From Patescibacteria group bacterium (GTDB lineage: Bacteria; Patescibacteriota; Minisyncoccia; Phycocordibacterales; Phycocordibacteraceae): a stretch of 39,161 nt of DNA. Of the stretch, positions 1 through 13,275 are shown in pieces (position 1 is the stretch's first letter; every line of letters begins with the position of its first letter). The DNA lies in assembly GCA_018971265.1 (NCBI GenBank), contig JAGXBE010000002.1, positions 1 through 39,161 of the forward strand, written 5' to 3'. The position numbers and the translations under genes were made by a program. Under the pieces are notes generated by a model. It made no database searches. It had not been told where the DNA came from and worked only from the letters and a program-made list of their open reading frames with translations.

Positions 1-724
1 TTCCAGCGAGCCGGTCGCCTACGTTATCGGCTGGCAGCCGTTTCTCGGCTTGAAAATCCATCTCGACTCGCGGCCGCTCATTCCCCGCCCCGAAACGGAG
101 TGGTGGGTCGAGCAGTTCATGAGCACAATTTCTGGGACTCTGCGCAGGTCGACGGGCCGAGCAGGAGGAACATTTTCAGCAGGAAATGATTCCGTGCCCG
201 GAAATCGTGCTCATGAACTGCGATTCCTCGACCTCTGCGCGGGCTCGGGCGCCATCGGCTGCGCGGCGCTCGCGCGACTGCCGGACGCTCAAGTGTATTT
301 CGGCGAGATTGACGAGATGCATGAGCAGACAATACAAAAAAATATCCATGGGAACGGGCTTGCTGCCGGTCGCGCGGACATTCGCATCGGTGACCTTTTT
401 GCTCCTTTCGGTGACATGAAATTCGATGTTATCGCCGCGAACCCGCCTTATGTTCCTGAAAACCGCGTACTTCCCGAAAGTGTTGCCGGCTATGAAAGCG
501 CGCTTGCGCTCCGCGCGGGCGCGGATGGTCTCTCACTCATCAGTCGTATTGCGGAGGAGTTGCCGCGGCGCCTTGCTCCGGACGGGGTCGCATGGGTCGA
601 ATGCGACAGCGCGCACGCGGAGGCGGCGGGTGCGCTCTTTAAGGCGCAGGGATTTGCCGCCGAAGTACGCACCGACCAGTACGGTGCCGCGCGCCTTATT
701 GTCGTCTCGTTTTTAAAATCATAG
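1..724 (+). CDS. prmC: Release-factor glutamine methyltransferase PrmC/HemK, 5' partial, with in-frame palindromic insertion
   Basis: The frame is open from base 2: EPVAYVIGWQPF..LIPRPETE, motif I LDLCAGSGAIG, NPPY, GADGL. Confidence 0.95.
   Translation, partial: SSEPVAYVIGWQPFLGLKIHLDSRPLIPRPETEWWVEQFMSTISGTLRRSTGRAGGTFSAGNDSVPGNRAHELRFLDLCAGSGAIGCAALARLPDAQVYFGEIDEMHEQTIQKNIHGNGLAAGRADIRIGDLFAPFGDMKFDVIAANPPYVPENRVLPESVAGYESALALRAGADGLSLISRIAEELPRRLAPDGVAWVECDSAHAEAAGALFKAQGFAAEVRTDQYGAARLIVVSFLKS
112..221 (+). repeat. Structured palindromic element, copy A (in-frame in prmC)
   Basis: 25-bp inverted repeat GCAGTTCATGAGCACAATTTCTGGG / CCCGGAAATCGTGCTCATGAACTGC with 2 differences. It encloses two hairpins, and the core is shared with 17380-17475 and 29243-29353. 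Confidence 0.85.
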
Positions 725-870
725 CGGAGCGGTATCTGATGCCCGGCACACGAAAATGGCATTAAATTATTAAGCCAGGCCATTTCGAGGACGTACTTTA
801 CCTTGCCATTTGCGTGATAAGGAACCGTAGAGATGGCGCCATGCGCGATGCCGTTTCGTGTGACGGGTGA

Positions 871-876
871 TACAAT
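871..876 (+). promoter_or_regulatory. -10 box TACAAT 7 nt upstream of the hisS ATG (leaderless-type)
   Basis: TGATACAATcgggcatATG; no Shine-Dalgarno. Confidence 0.55.
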
Positions 877-883
877 CGGGCAT

Positions 884-2152
884 ATGCCTGAGCCACTTTC
901 GACCGATCCGTATAAAGGTGTCCGCGACTTTTATCCCGACGACCTTGCGCAGAAAGAGGCGCTTTTTGCGCGTGTTCGGCAAACGCTCGCGCTCCATGGC
1001 TATGAGGAGTATGATGCGTCGCCTCTTGAGCGTACCGAGCTTTATGAAGCGAAAACTTCGGAAGAAATCGTAAACGAGCAGACCTATACCTTTATCGACC
1101 GCGGCGCGAGAAATGTGACGCTCCGTCCAGAAATGACACCCACCCTCGCGCGGATGGTAGCCGGCAAGCGACGAGAGCTCGCGTTCCCTTTACGCTGGTT
1201 TTCCATCGGGAACCGTTTTCGATATGAGCGTCCGCAAAAAGGCCGTCTGCGCGAATTTTATCAGGCAGACGTCGACCTTATCGGGCTCCCTGAGGGAGAA
1301 GCGGATATCGAAATAGTCGCGCTCGCGGCACGCATTCTGCGGGACTTCGGCGCCTCCGAGGGCGACTTCGTAATCCGCATGAGTGCGCGGCCGCTTCTCA
1401 ACGCCGCATGCGCGGCCGCCGGACTCAAGGGTGAGGCGGTTCGCCAATATCTGCGCCTTCTCGACAAGAAATCGAAAATGACTCCCGAATCTTTCGAGAT
1501 TGCGTTGAATGCGCTTACGTTGAAAAATCCGCTCGATCTCATCGAAAATGCCGGTGCGGCGCCGGAAGTGGCACTCGAAAAACGCAGACTCCTTGACCGT
1601 ATTGAGGTATTAAAGGCGCGCGGCGTGAGCGGTGTCGTCCTCGACCCGTCGATTACGCGCGGTTTTGATTATTACACCGGTATGGTCTTTGAGGTGTATG
1701 ACACCAACCCCGCGAACGCACGGGCGCTTTTCGGCGGCGGACGCTACGACCGGCTCATTGCCCTCTTCGGCGGCGATCCAGTTCCGGCGGTCGGCTTCGC
1801 GCTCGGCGACATCACTCTCGCGGACTTTATCGAAACGCATGCGCTTTCGCCGAGACATGACTTCGGCAAGCCGCAGCTCTATCTCGGCACGCCAAACCCA
1901 AGCGATATAGCCGCCGCGCAGGCATTTGCCGACACGCTGCGCAAAGAGGGCGGGCGTGTTTTCGTCAACCTGACCGATCGAACTCTCGGCGATCAGATAA
2001 AAGAAGCGGTGAAGCGCGGCATTCCGCTCTTTGTCGCATACGGTGCGGACGAAATCGCCAATAATACCGTCCGCATGAAGATACTCGCCACCGGCGAAGA
2101 AGCCGGCCTCCCCGTTTCCGAGCTTCCCGTTCGTCTTCGCGCTGGAAGCTGA
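884..2152 (+). CDS. hisS: Histidyl-tRNA synthetase
   Basis: PYKGVRDFYP, LRPEMT, FRYERPQKGRLREFYQ, RGFDYYTG, GGGRYD. Start placed at ATG 884. Confidence 0.97.
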   Translation: MPEPLSTDPYKGVRDFYPDDLAQKEALFARVRQTLALHGYEEYDASPLERTELYEAKTSEEIVNEQTYTFIDRGARNVTLRPEMTPTLARMVAGKRRELAFPLRWFSIGNRFRYERPQKGRLREFYQADVDLIGLPEGEADIEIVALAARILRDFGASEGDFVIRMSARPLLNAACAAAGLKGEAVRQYLRLLDKKSKMTPESFEIALNALTLKNPLDLIENAGAAPEVALEKRRLLDRIEVLKARGVSGVVLDPSITRGFDYYTGMVFEVYDTNPANARALFGGGRYDRLIALFGGDPVPAVGFALGDITLADFIETHALSPRHDFGKPQLYLGTPNPSDIAAAQAFADTLRKEGGRVFVNLTDRTLGDQIKEAVKRGIPLFVAYGADEIANNTVRMKILATGEEAGLPVSELPVRLRAGS

Positions 2153-2157
2153 ACGAT

Positions 2158-2739
2158 ATGCGTGCCATCACCTTCGATATTGAATCCGTTTCCGATTCTG
2201 CGGTGCGCGGTCACGTCGACATACACGAGCAGGAACTCACGGTCGTTGGCATACACGACTCGGCAAGCGGCGAGTACTCTTCCTATACGAAGGAGGAGCT
2301 TCCTCGGCTCTGGCCAATTCTTGAACACGCCGACCTGCTCATCGGCTTTAATTCCAATACGTTCGATATTCCGCTTCTCAATCGCTACTATCCGGGCGAT
2401 CTCCTGCACTTGCGCTCGCTTGACTTGCTCACCGAGGTCCAAAAGGTGCTGGGCCGGCGCGTCCGACTCCAGTCTCTTGCCGAGGCGACGCTCGGGCATG
2501 GCAAATCAGGTACCGGGCTCGAGGCGGTCGAGTGGTGGCGAGAAGGAAAATACGACCTCGTGCGCAAATACTGCATCGAGGACGTTCGGCTCACGCGCGA
2601 GCTCTATGAATATGCATTGGCGCACGGCGTTTTGAAATACAAAGACCTGCGCGACATCCGCGATATAAAGATCGATACGTCTCTCTGGAATCATGTCCCG
2701 GCTACCGGACCGGCGATGACTCACACCCTTCCCCTGTGA
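2158..2739 (+). CDS. RNase H-like (DEDD/YprB-type) exonuclease domain protein
   Basis: FDIES, LIGFNSNTFDIPLL and YCIEDVRLT motifs. Confidence 0.8.
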   Translation: MRAITFDIESVSDSAVRGHVDIHEQELTVVGIHDSASGEYSSYTKEELPRLWPILEHADLLIGFNSNTFDIPLLNRYYPGDLLHLRSLDLLTEVQKVLGRRVRLQSLAEATLGHGKSGTGLEAVEWWREGKYDLVRKYCIEDVRLTRELYEYALAHGVLKYKDLRDIRDIKIDTSLWNHVPATGPAMTHTLPL

Positions 2740-3410
2740 AATCCTCTTCCGTACTTCCCCTTGCGATAGTACTCGGCGGCATGATTATCGCCGGCGCGGT
2801 GTATCTCTCAATAGTACAGAAAAGATCTCAAGCGACCATTGATACCGGAAACGCCGCGTTGGTACGGCCTGTAAGCGTGAACGACCACATTCTCGGAAAC
2901 CCCGCTGCAAGCGTTTTGATTGTCGAGTATACCGACTTCGACTGCGAGTTCTGCAAAAGTTTCGATGAGACGCTCCGCCAGATCATCGCAAACGAAGGCG
3001 CGGATGGCAGGGTTAGTTGGGTTCTCCGCGAGTTTCCGCTTACCGAGATTCATCCGAACGCCATGAAACACGCCCGTGCAGCCGAATGTGTCGCGAAGAC
3101 CGCGGGCAATGACGCATTCTGGAAGTTCACGCATTCCCTTTTTGCGAATCAGCCGGTTAATCCCTTGGATTACGGCGCACTCGCCGAAGCAGCCGGTGTC
3201 CAGGGAGACGCATTCGCCGCGTGCTATAGCAACGCTGCGGCGAACGTAGACGCGCGTATTGACGCAGATCGTCAAAATGCATTCGCCATCGGTGCGCGTG
3301 GCACACCGTATTCACTCATTCTCGTGGCCGGTGCGGCACCCGTTGTCATGGACGGCGCTTATTCCTATGATGCAGTCAAGTCGCTTGTTGACCAGGCGCT
3401 CGCGCATTAG
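2736..3410 (+). CDS. Membrane-anchored DsbA-family thioredoxin-fold oxidoreductase
   Basis: N-terminal TM helix, EYTDFDCEFC (CxxC), FPL..IHPNA, GTP cis-Pro loop. GTGA overlap with the upstream gene. Confidence 0.9.
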   Translation: MKSSSVLPLAIVLGGMIIAGAVYLSIVQKRSQATIDTGNAALVRPVSVNDHILGNPAASVLIVEYTDFDCEFCKSFDETLRQIIANEGADGRVSWVLREFPLTEIHPNAMKHARAAECVAKTAGNDAFWKFTHSLFANQPVNPLDYGALAEAAGVQGDAFAACYSNAAANVDARIDADRQNAFAIGARGTPYSLILVAGAAPVVMDGAYSYDAVKSLVDQALAH

Positions 3411-3435
3411 GATCCGGCACGTTCCGGCAGGCGGA

Positions 3436-6348
3436 CTAGTCTTTGCGTAAGAAGCCGACGAGATCGCAATAGTCGCAGGCAGCACTATCGCACGGCACGG
3501 CAAATGCGGAACCGTCGGCAATCGCTTGCGCCGCCTTCATAAGCTCCTTTTCGAGCGCCGCGACTTCGGCATCCGTTATGTCAAAGCGACGGATAATGAT
3601 ATCTCCCTTTTCATTCGGTTCGACAAAGTGCAGCGCACCCTCGCTCATGCGGTACCGCCCGTCTTTTTCGAGAAGGAGTTTGTAGAAGACGAGCTGGCGA
3701 TAATATCCGCCGTCGCCCGACCTGGTGAGTCCTCTAATATCGTTTTCGCTTCTTGCTTTGCCGGTCTTATAGTCAATGACCAGGACCGTGCCGTCTTTCC
3801 GTATATCGAGCCGGTCGAGCTTCCCGGTAAGCGGTACCGCACCAACTCCGGGCACCTCAAGCGATACCTTCACTGAGAATTCCGATTCGCGTGTGTCTTT
3901 CATTGATGCGCTTTCTTTTGCAAGATATGCGTGAAGCGACTTTGCACCAGTTTCTGCAAACGCATCCCTATCGAACGGGGCAAGCGGCATTCGCGCAAGC
4001 ACGGCATGGAAAGCGGAGAGTGCGTCTTCTATCCGCGCTTCGCCTGCTTTCACCTTGTCGGCATAAGATTTCAAGCCCGCATGTATGGCGGTGCCAAAAA
4101 GCATTGGGAGCGTCGGCGCATCCGGAAGCCGCAGGAGCGTGCGGAAATAATATTGCCAGGGCGATGCGACGTAATTATTGAAGCCGGTTGGCGAAAAACC
4201 GCGATCAAGCAGGCGCTCCCTGAGGAAAACGGGATCGAGTATGGTGCGCGCCTCATACGGCATGACGGCAGGCGCAGGCGGCGGGAATTCCGCCCTCGTC
4301 AGATGCCGTGCCAGATCGGCAATGAACCGGAGCGGCGTCTGCGCGCGGTCTTCTTCGGTTGTTTCCGAGCGGGTAATGAGCACGCCGTCTCTGGCGCGCG
4401 TGAGCGCCACGTAGAGCAGACGTCGCGCATCGTGTTCGTCGTCCTCTTTCTCGAGCAGGAGAGAAAATTCTTCCAACTTGCCACTGAACCACTTCTCATC
4501 GCTTGCGTGCGCGATGATAACCTGCGGAAACTCGAGTCCTTTCGCACCGTGCACGGTCATGAGGCGAACGCCCGCATGCCTCGTGCGCGGACGGCGTATC
4601 TTGAGTTCGTGCTTCTCGATGCGGGCGAGGTACGCGAGAAAATCAAGCGCCGTCGCGCTCGGGTCATTTCCCGCAAGAAGCGCCGCTTCGTCCATGAGGC
4701 CTTGATACGCCTCGTATGCGTCCTCGCTTTCTTTCAAGGAAAGTACGCCGCGCTCAAACCCGCTCTCGCGGGCGAGCCGCGTGAGCCACGGAATGAGCGG
4801 TGTCGCGGGCATCTCCTCTGCAAGCTTCTCGAGCCGTCGCACCCATACGCGCATTTCGCTCGTTCCTTTTTTCGCGAATGCGCTGATGAGCGGTTTCCCT
4901 TCGCGCGGCAAGGCGAGAAGTTGCATGCGCTCAGCAAGCGTACCCGGCATGCCCGGCATAAAAAGCGCCTGCGCAAACGGAACATCCTGTGAAAGGTCGG
5001 CGACGGCACGGATGAGCGCTCTGAAAAGAACCACTGTCGGATGCGCAAGAGCGCTTATCTCCGCACTCGCGTGATCTTCGGGAAGATTTGCGCTTCGCAG
5101 CGCATCGGCAAGTGCGAGTACGTCCGCATTTTTCTTCGTCAGGATGGCTATGTCCTCGTACGGCACGCCCGATCCGTGGAGCTGTTCGATATATGCACGT
5201 ATAGTTTCCCTTTCTTCACGCGGTGTGCCGCACACCACTTCTCTCACCTGCCCTCCTGTGCCGCGCACGGCGACAAGCGGCGGGCGCGACTCCGAGAGCA
5301 GTGCAGGGGCGGGGGCGATGAGGTCGTGTGCGGCTGCGAGTATCTTCTCGGTCGAACGATAGTTTTCATCGAGCGAAATGACCTTTGCTTTGGGATATTT
5401 TTCCTTAATGGAGAAAAATGAAGCGAGTGATGCACCCTGGAAACGGTAGATTGCCTGTTTTTCGTCGCCAACGATGAAGAGATTCGGGACGCCATCAAAG
5501 TCGGTTATAAGCTCGAGCAGGCGATTCTGAGCCGGATTCGCGTCCTGGTGCTCATCCGCGAGCACAAATTGCGAGCGTTCACCCACTTCCGCGCGGAACC
5601 CCTCGTCCTTTTCGAGCCCGCGCACGGCCTCGTTGATAAGATCTTCGTAATCATAGAGCGACTCGCGCTCAAGCGCTTCTTGGTATGCGGCAAAGAGCTG
5701 TGCGACTTCGATATGTTTCTCCAGACGTTCGCGGCGGCGCAGGTACTCCCCTTTCTCTTTCCCCTCATACGTTCCGCCTGCGTGGATGCGGTCGGGGTCG
5801 GCGAGCAGGAGCTCGTGCGCGCTCGTAAGCTCGGACAAGTACTGTTCGGGCGTGTAATGCTCCTGTTTCAGTTTGCCCATGAAAGCAAGAAGGTCTTTTG
5901 CGGCACGATGAGGATTCTTCGGGTTGCGTATCCTCGTGTATGACCCCCCGTCAAGCAATTCCTCCATGAGCGTAACGCCTGCTACTTCCGAGAGGTGGGT
6001 GCCGAGCGCAATGCGCGGAAAGAGATCACTTCGCAACTCGAGTATTGAGCGGGCAAAGCCGTGGAATGTATGGATGCGGACACGGTACGCAGCGGGACCA
6101 ATGAAGCGCGCAAGCCGCGTGCGCAGCGTCGCTACCGCGCTTTCGGTAAACGTAAGCGCAAGAATCTCATCGGGTTTTGCGTCACCGGCCTTGAGCAGGA
6201 TGTTTCCTATCCGAAGCGCAAGCATTTGTGTCTTGCCCGTTCCCGGACCGGCCACGACCATCACGGGACCATAGATGGTATCGACCGCCTCTTTCTGCTT
6301 CGCGTTCAGTTTTTTATACGCTTCTTCGAATGCTTCTGTGGTCGCCAT
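3436..6348 (-). CDS. UvrD/PcrA-family SF1 helicase fused to a C-terminal PD-(D/E)XK nuclease
   Basis: AGPGTGKT, TFH, DEHQD, VGDEKQAIYRFQGA, NYRS, MTVHGAKGLEF, RRLLYVALTRA; C-terminal GKLDRLD..IDYKTG..QLVFY and CxxxxCxxC. Confidence 0.92.
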   Translation of the reverse strand: MATTEAFEEAYKKLNAKQKEAVDTIYGPVMVVAGPGTGKTQMLALRIGNILLKAGDAKPDEILALTFTESAVATLRTRLARFIGPAAYRVRIHTFHGFARSILELRSDLFPRIALGTHLSEVAGVTLMEELLDGGSYTRIRNPKNPHRAAKDLLAFMGKLKQEHYTPEQYLSELTSAHELLLADPDRIHAGGTYEGKEKGEYLRRRERLEKHIEVAQLFAAYQEALERESLYDYEDLINEAVRGLEKDEGFRAEVGERSQFVLADEHQDANPAQNRLLELITDFDGVPNLFIVGDEKQAIYRFQGASLASFFSIKEKYPKAKVISLDENYRSTEKILAAAHDLIAPAPALLSESRPPLVAVRGTGGQVREVVCGTPREERETIRAYIEQLHGSGVPYEDIAILTKKNADVLALADALRSANLPEDHASAEISALAHPTVVLFRALIRAVADLSQDVPFAQALFMPGMPGTLAERMQLLALPREGKPLISAFAKKGTSEMRVWVRRLEKLAEEMPATPLIPWLTRLARESGFERGVLSLKESEDAYEAYQGLMDEAALLAGNDPSATALDFLAYLARIEKHELKIRRPRTRHAGVRLMTVHGAKGLEFPQVIIAHASDEKWFSGKLEEFSLLLEKEDDEHDARRLLYVALTRARDGVLITRSETTEEDRAQTPLRFIADLARHLTRAEFPPPAPAVMPYEARTILDPVFLRERLLDRGFSPTGFNNYVASPWQYYFRTLLRLPDAPTLPMLFGTAIHAGLKSYADKVKAGEARIEDALSAFHAVLARMPLAPFDRDAFAETGAKSLHAYLAKESASMKDTRESEFSVKVSLEVPGVGAVPLTGKLDRLDIRKDGTVLVIDYKTGKARSENDIRGLTRSGDGGYYRQLVFYKLLLEKDGRYRMSEGALHFVEPNEKGDIIIRRFDITDAEVAALEKELMKAAQAIADGSAFAVPCDSAACDYCDLVGFLRKD

Positions 6349-6378
6349 ACCTTCAGTCTACCGCGGACCAACGGGCGA

Positions 6379-6551
6379 GGGTATGTTCTGAAGGGAGACT
6401 CTCGGAGCCGGAGCAGCTGACGCTTCGTCACGCCCAAGGGGGCGCAGGTAATTGCAGCGCCGGAGGGCAGCTGCACCGCAATTTGCGACGGCAGGAGTGA
6501 GCGTATCGCCCGGTTGGGGGCGGCGACGCGTGCTCTCTTCGGGACATATCC
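6379..6551 (+). other. Intergenic multi-hairpin structured element (candidate ncRNA or long variant of the palindromic element)
   Basis: A 19-bp closing stem GGGTATGTTCTGAAGGGAG / CTCTCTTCGGGACATATCC pairs fully with G-U and encloses about five short hairpins. Confidence 0.6.
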
Positions 6552-6560
6552 GGGCGGACT

Positions 6561-7811
6561 TCAGTACGACTTCAAATGCCGGGCTTTGTCGTGGAAACGG
6601 ATTTTTTCGAGGGCCTTTGCTTCTATTTGGCGAATGCGCTCGCGCGTGACGCCGAACTCCCTACCAACCTCCTCGAGCGTATGGTAGATGCCGTCCATAA
6701 GGCCGTGACGCATCTCAAGAATCTTGCGTTCCTTTGGCGAGAGATCGTTCAAAATGGAGCGTACTTGCTGCGCGAGAATGCGCTCGGAGGATTCCTGTAC
6801 GGGTGAAGGAATTTTGTCGTCGGGAATGAAATCGCCGAGCGTTGACTTCTCGTCATCATCCGAACCGACGGGATTCTCCAAAGAGAGAGTATCCTGATTT
6901 ATCTTTTCTATCTGGTATATTTTTTCCGGTTCGACGCCCATTTCAATAGCTATCTCCTCGGCTTGCGGGTCACGACCGAGTGCCTGCGCGAGCCGGCGCG
7001 AAACCTGCTTGTATTTTGCAATGGTTTCCACCATGTGCACCGGAATACGAATGGTGCGCGACTGGTCGGCAAGCGCGCGCGTAATCGCCTGACGAATCCA
7101 CCAAGTGGCATAGGTCGAAAACTTGTACCCCTTTTTCCAATCAAACTTGTCCACGGCGCGGAAAAGCCCGAGATTGCCTTCTTGAATGAGGTCGAGGAGC
7201 GTGAGATCAGGACTGCGTCCGACATACTTTTTGGCGATGGAGACCACGAGGCGGAGGTTGCTGCGCGCAAGTATGTTCCTTGCCTCTGCGTCGCCTTTCT
7301 CGATACGCTTGGCGAGTTCGCGCTCTTCGGCGGCGATGAGCAGCGGGTATTGGCCGATCTCGCGGAGATAGATCTGGATTGAGTCGTAACCGGTGGAATG
7401 CCGGTCCTTGATGTTGCGTGTTGCAAGATATTCGTCGGCAGTATCTTCGAGCATGCCTCCCTCAAGCACATCGACGCCGGCGATGGCAAAACGCTCATAG
7501 AGCGACTCGAGGAAACTTACGTCATCTTCGACGTGCGGAAATGATTTTAGTATTTCGCTGTACGTAACATAGCCCCGTTCTTTACCCTTCTCGATGAGCT
7601 GCTCCGCTGAAAATGCCTTCTGCGATAGGTTCTTCGTTTTTGCGGCACGCGTCGCCAAACGCAAGACCCGTTTTGTCCGTACCGTCTTACTGCGGTTGGG
7701 GGCTGCCGTACGCAGACGTTTTGCCGGCCTTTTCTTTGCGGACAAGCGCTTCCCCGCCGATTTTTTTACAGCTTTTCGAGTGTTCTTTTTCTTTTTTATG
7801 GAATTCGCCAT
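6561..7811 (-). CDS. rpoD: Primary sigma-70 factor RpoD/SigA with Lys/Arg-rich N-terminal extension
   Basis: Region 1.1 ([12 protein letters not shown]), [62 protein letters not shown]. Confidence 0.97.
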   Translation of the reverse strand: MANSIKKKKNTRKAVKKSAGKRLSAKKRPAKRLRTAAPNRSKTVRTKRVLRLATRAAKTKNLSQKAFSAEQLIEKGKERGYVTYSEILKSFPHVEDDVSFLESLYERFAIAGVDVLEGGMLEDTADEYLATRNIKDRHSTGYDSIQIYLREIGQYPLLIAAEERELAKRIEKGDAEARNILARSNLRLVVSIAKKYVGRSPDLTLLDLIQEGNLGLFRAVDKFDWKKGYKFSTYATWWIRQAITRALADQSRTIRIPVHMVETIAKYKQVSRRLAQALGRDPQAEEIAIEMGVEPEKIYQIEKINQDTLSLENPVGSDDDEKSTLGDFIPDDKIPSPVQESSERILAQQVRSILNDLSPKERKILEMRHGLMDGIYHTLEEVGREFGVTRERIRQIEAKALEKIRFHDKARHLKSY

Positions 7812-7847
7812 GTCGTATATGGTGTCAGTTGGATAACGGTAAGTGAA

Positions 7848-9533
7848 TCAGTGTTCGAGCGCGGCGAGACGTGCGGAAATCCTTGCGCACGCCCTTTGTG
7901 CATTTTCAGCCGCTGCGTAATCTCCGGCGGCCTCCGCCTTGCGCAAATCTGCTACCGACTCTTGATATGCCTCGCGGATTACCGCTTCTTCAAACGCGTG
8001 AAGAAGCTCGTCCGCCGCGTCCTCAAGAGGGTCTTCGCCGAACACTCGCTCTGCCTCAAACAGGGCCGGTTCCGGGAGCACATCAGGCGGCAATTGGTGA
8101 GCTTCAGTAATTCGAAGATACTCCGATTTGACGCGGTTCGCAAGCGGGGTATCGGGGTAGGCGTGGAGAACGGCAAGAAGCATCTGCGACCGCACTTCAT
8201 GGGCGGGACGGGCGGCGGGGGTACGTGGAACGGCTATTCGGGCGGTGCTTGCGGTATCTGCCGTCCTTGGCAGACGGCGGAGCGACTCGCGGACAGCTTC
8301 GTCTGAAAGACCGAGGACGCGGGCGGTGATTTGTACGAAGTGTTCCCGCTCCATGGGGCTCGGTATCGCGGCAAGAAGAGGAAGCACGATGTCTTCGGCA
8401 GCGCGCAGAAGCCGGTGCGAATCGCCCTCTTGAGACGAAAGCGACGAGAGGAAGAATTCGACGACCGGCTTCGCATCTGAAACGGAGCGCAAGAACTCTT
8501 TCGGGTCTTCACTGATAAGGTCCGCCGGATCCTTTCCTTGAGGAAGCTGTGCCGCCTTCACACGTAATCCCGCACGGAGCGCCAGCGCGGCCGATTTCGC
8601 TGTGGCAGAAAGGCCAGCTGCATCTGCATCAAGAACGAGCATGAGATTTTCGCTATAGCGCTTCATGAGAGAAAGGTGGCGCTCGGAGAGCGCAGTCCCC
8701 GAAAGGGCTACGGCATTCTTGAAGCCCGCCTGATGCGCAAGCAGAACGTCCATCTGTCCCTCGACAAGCATCGTAAAGTCGCGTGCGCGTATCGCCTCTT
8801 TCGCCGCGTCCATGCCGAAGAGAATATCGGACTTGTGGTAGAGCTCGGTCTCGGGCGAGTTGAGGTACTTGGCGAGGTCGTCCTCCGCAAGGGCGCGGCC
8901 GGTAAAGGCGACCACGCGGCCGGCGGTGTCGCGTATCGGGAACAGCAGCCGATTGCGGAAACGGTCATAATACGTGCCCGGCTTGCCGTCGGCCTCCTTG
9001 ATAAGCCCGGCGGCGAGGAGCTCCTGGATGGAGAACTCCTCGGCCGTGAGCGCCTCGAGGAGCGTGCGCCAGCCGTCGGGCGCGAAACCGAGCCGCCAAT
9101 TGCGAATCGTGTCTCCAGTGAGGCCGCGCTTCTTCGCATACGCCTCTCCCAGGCTTCCGGGGAACGTGCCCGCGTACCACTCGCTTGCCCGACCCATTGC
9201 TGCGCGAAGTCGCTCGAGGCGGGAGTGATTTTCGCGCGAATCAGCGTTGTACTCCACCGCCACCCCTGCTTTTTCGGCAAGAATTTTCAAAGCACCCTTA
9301 AAGTCGACGCCTTCCACTCTTTCTATGAAGGAGAATCCGTCGCCGCCTTCTCCGCAGCCGAAACAATGCCAGGTACCGCGCTCAGGACTCACGTGGAAAG
9401 AAGGGGTTTTCTCTTTATGGAAGGGGCACAGACCGCGAAGCGACTTCCCCGCTCGCGTGAGCTTCACGTACGGACTCACGATCTCGACGATGGAGAGACG
9501 GTCCTTGATGAGAGCGACCGTATCCTGCGCCAT
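7848..9533 (-). CDS. dnaG: DNA primase
   Basis: CPFHKEKTPSF..CFGC zinc finger, DRFRNRLLFPI, KYLNSPET, VEGQMD, TOPRIM DADAAG, KDPAD. Start at ATG 9533, directly after the rpoC stop. Confidence 0.97.
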   Translation of the reverse strand: MAQDTVALIKDRLSIVEIVSPYVKLTRAGKSLRGLCPFHKEKTPSFHVSPERGTWHCFGCGEGGDGFSFIERVEGVDFKGALKILAEKAGVAVEYNADSRENHSRLERLRAAMGRASEWYAGTFPGSLGEAYAKKRGLTGDTIRNWRLGFAPDGWRTLLEALTAEEFSIQELLAAGLIKEADGKPGTYYDRFRNRLLFPIRDTAGRVVAFTGRALAEDDLAKYLNSPETELYHKSDILFGMDAAKEAIRARDFTMLVEGQMDVLLAHQAGFKNAVALSGTALSERHLSLMKRYSENLMLVLDADAAGLSATAKSAALALRAGLRVKAAQLPQGKDPADLISEDPKEFLRSVSDAKPVVEFFLSSLSSQEGDSHRLLRAAEDIVLPLLAAIPSPMEREHFVQITARVLGLSDEAVRESLRRLPRTADTASTARIAVPRTPAARPAHEVRSQMLLAVLHAYPDTPLANRVKSEYLRITEAHQLPPDVLPEPALFEAERVFGEDPLEDAADELLHAFEEAVIREAYQESVADLRKAEAAGDYAAAENAQRACARISARLAALEH

Positions 9534-9534
9534 A

Positions 9535-13251
<3,717 letters not shown>

Positions 13252-13275
13252 AGGATTCGAGAAGATTAATAAATG

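Noticed and set aside
751..787. Weak inverted repeat CGAAAATGGC / GCCATTTCG between prmC and hisS
   Set aside because: It is short and imperfect; no T-box motif was recognised.
3931..4992. Long antisense ORFs (e.g. 353 aa here; also 8676-9620, 10600-11535, 21779-22825, 27675-28661)
   Set aside because: They are shadow frames opposite well-supported genes in GC-rich DNA and carry no motifs.
6379..6551. SRP RNA, 6S RNA, tRNA or hammerhead ribozyme
   Set aside because: There is no SRP helix-8 motif, T-loop/CCA or CUGAUGA/GAAA core, and it is branched rather than rod-shaped.
7596..7630. CATTTTCAGC / FSAE similarity to the element core in the rpoD 5' region
   Set aside because: The match is only ~10 nt, with no complementary arm or outer stem.
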